From the NCBI GenBank assembly GCA_002104945.1, contig MCFH01000067.1:62001-126000 (forward strand): 64,000 nucleotides of DNA, read 5' to 3'. Made by a program: the position numbers and the translations under genes. The notes beneath the pieces are model-generated. The model saw nothing but the letters and a program-made list of their open reading frames with translations, was not told where the DNA came from and did not search any database. Positions 59,737-64,000 of this stretch are shown piece after piece (within the stretch, counting starts at the first letter, position 1; each line of letters begins with the position of its first letter). This DNA comes from Piromyces finnis finn. Taxonomy: Eukaryota > Fungi > Neocallimastigomycota.

Positions 59737-62288
59737 ATGGTTAAATACGCTTTATTATTGTTAAGTTTAACCTCTACAATAAAAGTAATCTATTCAGCAT
59801 TTATTGAAGATTGCATTCCAATAAATAAATTATTAGGAGAACCTTCTGATTATGATTGTTGTTCCCATAAAGGAATTAATTGTATCAATAGTTTTATAAC
59901 AGAAATGTAATAAAAAGTTTTTTTTTTCAATCAGTGAAAAAAGAAAAAAAATATTAACATATTAACATAGATTAAAACAAACTTATTTAACAATTTTTTA
60001 TTATAAATAGAAAATTAGAAAATGAATATTTAAAATGTCCTATTCCTTCAGAAATTGGTAGTTTAAAAAACTTGGAAAAACTGTAATTTTTATTTCAATC
60101 TTCTTAATAAAGAACCTAAAATATATATTATATTTTTTAATTGATATTTACTTATTATTATTATTATTATTATAAATAGAGTTTTATCTCATAACTATTT
60201 ATATGATAATATTCCTTCAGAACTTGGGAATTTATCAAATTTAAAAATATTGTAATTGGTTATTTTTATTTTTATTATTATTATTTTTAAGTAATAATAA
60301 TTAAAAAATATATAAATTAATTTTTTTTTAATTGATAATTTTTATATTATAAAATAGAAATTTAAACTGTAATGATTTAATAGGTACTATCCCTTCTGAA
60401 CTTGGAAATTTAAAAAATTTGGAAGAAATGTAATTATTATTTTTTTTTCTTTATCTATATAAATAGTAGTAATATTGAATAATATAACAATAAATATTAA
60501 TATATAGTCATTATAAATAGCGATTTATCGATTAATCAATTAAGAAGTTCAATTCCTCGTGAAATTGGAAATTTACCAAACTTGAAAAAATTGTAAATAT
60601 TTTTTTTTCTTTTATAATAAGTAAAAAAAAAAAAAATAGATTTATAGAATTATTATTTTTTTTAATATTAATATATTTTATATTTTACATAGGATATTAT
60701 ATTCAAATGATATAATAAATATGATTCCTTCAGAACTTGGTAAATTAGAAAAATTGAATATGCTGTAACTATTTTTCTTTTCTTTTCTTTATAATAAATA
60801 GTAAATTTTCATATATAATAATTTATAATTTTTATTTCATATTATTATGTATTATAAATAGAGTAATCAATAATAATGCATTAAGTGGTTCTATTCCTCC
60901 AGAACTTGGCAATTTAAAAAACTTATATTATTTGTAAATAATATTTTTCAATATTATAAATTTTAATATTCTATTTATTATTACAATTTTATTTATTTTT
61001 TTTTTTTTTATTATTTTCTAATATAAATAGAAGTCTTAATAATAATATGTTATATGATGCTATTCCTCCTGAGCTTAGTAATTTGGAAAACCTGGAATAT
61101 ATGTAATTGCTGGTTTTTTTCTTATATGCATTAAAAGAAATTTATTAATTTTTATTTCAACCTCATATTTTTTAAAATTTTATTTATTCATGATTAATAT
61201 AATAAAATTCATTTAAAAAATAAAAGGTATTTCGGAAATAATACTTTAAATGGTTCTATTCCCCCTTCTTTTGGAAATTTATCAAAATTAAAAATTCTGT
61301 AATATAATTTATTTAATAATTATTATAAAAATAAAAAGTTATTATATTTATAAATAGGAATTAAAAGTTAACAATTACCCATTTTCTTATATAAATGTTA
61401 TTTTTAATAATCCTTATTAAAAAAAAAATAATAAAGAAATCTCCAAAATAATACTTTAAGTGGTCCTATTCCACCAGAACTTGGAAGATTATCAAACTTG
61501 AAGGAATTGTAAATTTATATTTTATAAAAATTATTAATTAAATAACAATAATAAAAATCTCATATAATTTTTTTTTTTTTTATAAATTTATAAAAAAAAA
61601 TAGAGATATTAGCGAAAATGGATTTAGTGGTTCTATTCCAGATGAAATATTTGAATTACAAACGTGTAAAATGTAAATACTATTTCTTTTAATTGTATTG
61701 TATTATAAATAATTCATAAATATATATTATTTTAATTAATTACATTTTTGTATAATAAAAAAATAAAAAATATAATATAGATATAGAAAAAATTTTAATA
61801 CCAAACCAATTTCAATCAAGGATATTCCTCAAAATAAGGATGTTTCAGATAATAAAAATAAAAATAATAAATCAATAATAACTACGGTAACCATGTCAGG
61901 AATGAGTATTGTTGCTTTATCAGCTTTATTTCTGGTTATAAAGAAAAATAAAAAAAATAATATAAAAAAAAAGAATAATTCTACAAACAATGTGAATAAT
62001 ATATATAATATAAATGATTGTTTTCCTTCCTCTACTGATTCTTCAAACGATATCAAAAGAATATCTAATCATTCTAATACTGTTTATAATGCTCATCTTG
62101 CACCAGTTGATGATACAATTAATAATAATAGAAATCATTCAAAATCTGTTAATTCAATTAATAATAGAAACAATAATTCACAAAATAATGAAACAAGAAA
62201 TAACAATATTTTCAATTATAACATTTCTATCAATGAAGAAGACTTACTTCCAAGTTATAAAGAAGTAGTAAATGAAAAAAATACATAA
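59737..62288 (+). CDS. LRR receptor-like membrane protein (464 aa): exon 59737-59906 (signal/Cys-cap); 72-nt LRR exons starting 60011, 60180, 60358, 60521, 60693, 60862, 61031, 61227, 61437; 69-nt exon 61604-61672; final exon 61781-62288 (TM, Asn-rich tail, LPSY)
   Basis: All introns are GT-AG and phase 2. The total is 1395 nt, in frame. Repeats read LxxNxLsGsIPxELGxLxxLxxL. Confidence 0.9.
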
Positions 62289-64000
62289 TAACACAATTAC
62301 AATGTATAAATATTAATTATAATAATATAAATGAAAAAGACAACCAAGTTATTAATATTAATGTATAATAACATTGTAATATATATTTAAAAGAATTATA
62401 ATTCTCTTTTTATATATTTATTTTAAATACCCAAACCTAATAATATTATGAGTTTTTTAAATCTATTTTAAAACTTTAAAAAAAAAAAAAAAGTATTAAT
62501 TTTTGATTATTTTTTATTTTATTAAAGAATAAATAATAATACTTTTTAAATTTAACTATCAATTAGAATAAAACTACAAAAAAATAGAAATAAAGTAATT
62601 AAATAATATAAATAACAAATGTTATTAGATATTTTATATTTAAATATAGTTATCTAATATTTATTTAAATATTAGTTTTTTTTCTTTCAAATTTAAATAA
62701 ATTTAATATTATATTATCACTTTAATTTTTCAGTTAAAATGTTTTCAATATTTCGTATCGAGTAATAATTAATTTTTGATTTTTATTAACAAAATAAAAA
62801 AAAAAGAAATAAGAATATAATAATAATATTAAATACATAAATATTATAAATATATAATATTTAGTATGTATAGGTATAATGAATATTTTGTAATCTCAAA
62901 TCCAGATTTTAATCGAGTATTAAAATATAATTGACTTAATATTTTTATTTATATAATTTTATTTTTTTTTTTTAATTTTTTTATCCTTTATTCCTCAAGA
63001 TATAGATAATATATTAAACATGATAAAATTATAATTATTTGTTTTTACTTTATTTAAAAGAATAATATTATTAAAATGTATATATTGATTTATAATTTAT
63101 CGCTTTCTATTATAAACTGAATGTTATGAATAATTTAAATAGAATTATCCCTTAAGAGCTTGGAAATTTAAAAAAAATAATTATATAAATCCACAAATAA
63201 CAATTTTATTATAAATACGTTACATTACACGATGTTAAGAAAAATCATCTTATTAAATAATATTAATAATAATTAGTTTAGCTTTAGTAAAGGGGACTTT
63301 TCAAATTGAAAGAGTGAAGCGTATAAAAATAAAAAAAAAATTTTTAAATTGAAAGTTTAATTTTTTTTTTGTATTTTTTATTAAATTTTATTTTCAGTTG
63401 TGTAACATAAAAATTAACTAATGTATACATTGATGTATTACATTAAAATAAGATAAAATAGCGCTTTCTTTTTTTTTTTTTACATTTTATATATAAATAT
63501 TCATATTTTTTTATTGTTAATATTAGTACATAGATCTATAAGATCATATATAATTACTTTTTAATAGATTTAAGAGTCGAGTCATATTGACTCTTCATTG
63601 AATTTCATTAATTCTTGGTTAATTTTCTTTTGGTACTAGTAGTGATTTGTCCTTTTCTGTTTAATACATCGTCATAACTTTAAAGTATGAAATTTTCACT
63701 AACAACTAAATTGTTGTTATGTACATTATCTAATTATTTAGTACTATAACATGTCACTTTACTCTTTATTATAATTAATTATATCTATATAATTATAAAA
63801 ATCTGCATTATTTCTCTTTTTTTATATTATAATTTATAATTTCATATTTTAATTTCATTAAATATAAATAATTACCAAAATAATAATTTATTTAAATATT
63901 CTATTCAATTTCTTTAACTTTAAAATAAATTAGAAATTATTATATAAATAAAGTATAAAATGGATTAATTAAACTAGAATAAATTATTAACATTATTATT

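Overview
Very AT-rich, intron-containing eukaryotic DNA, most likely from an anaerobic gut fungus (Neocallimastigomycota). The evidence is fungal non-catalytic dockerin domains, a dockerin-CotH protein, CBM18 and PF09820-like ATPase remnants. Host genes: a Gal-lectin/GT34 glycosyltransferase, a 3-dockerin CotH kinase, an Agd3/CE18-like deacetylase with 2 dockerins, an ankyrin pseudogene, and a cluster of leucine-rich-repeat genes that the ORF track largely misses. Two of these LRR genes are complete and built from one-repeat-per-exon 72-nt (occasionally 69-nt) phase-2 microexons. One ends in a chitin-binding CBM18, the other in a TM helix plus a PY-like tail, and two broken paralogs lie next to it. 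A separate intronless LRR ORF sits upstream of tandem AAA-ATPase-like domains. Mobile DNA: a full-length single-ORF LINE with a 14-bp TSD, fragments of it and of a second LINE family, a recent Ty3/Gypsy element with apparently identical 710-bp LTRs and a -1 frameshift signal, and a fold-back palindrome. Two SINE-like elements share one tRNA-like head but each carries a motif of a different LINE family, and the Gypsy element landed inside the TSD at the 5' start of one of them. The first 15 kb contain interleaved, near-identical inverted duplications. All calls were made by eye without database searches.
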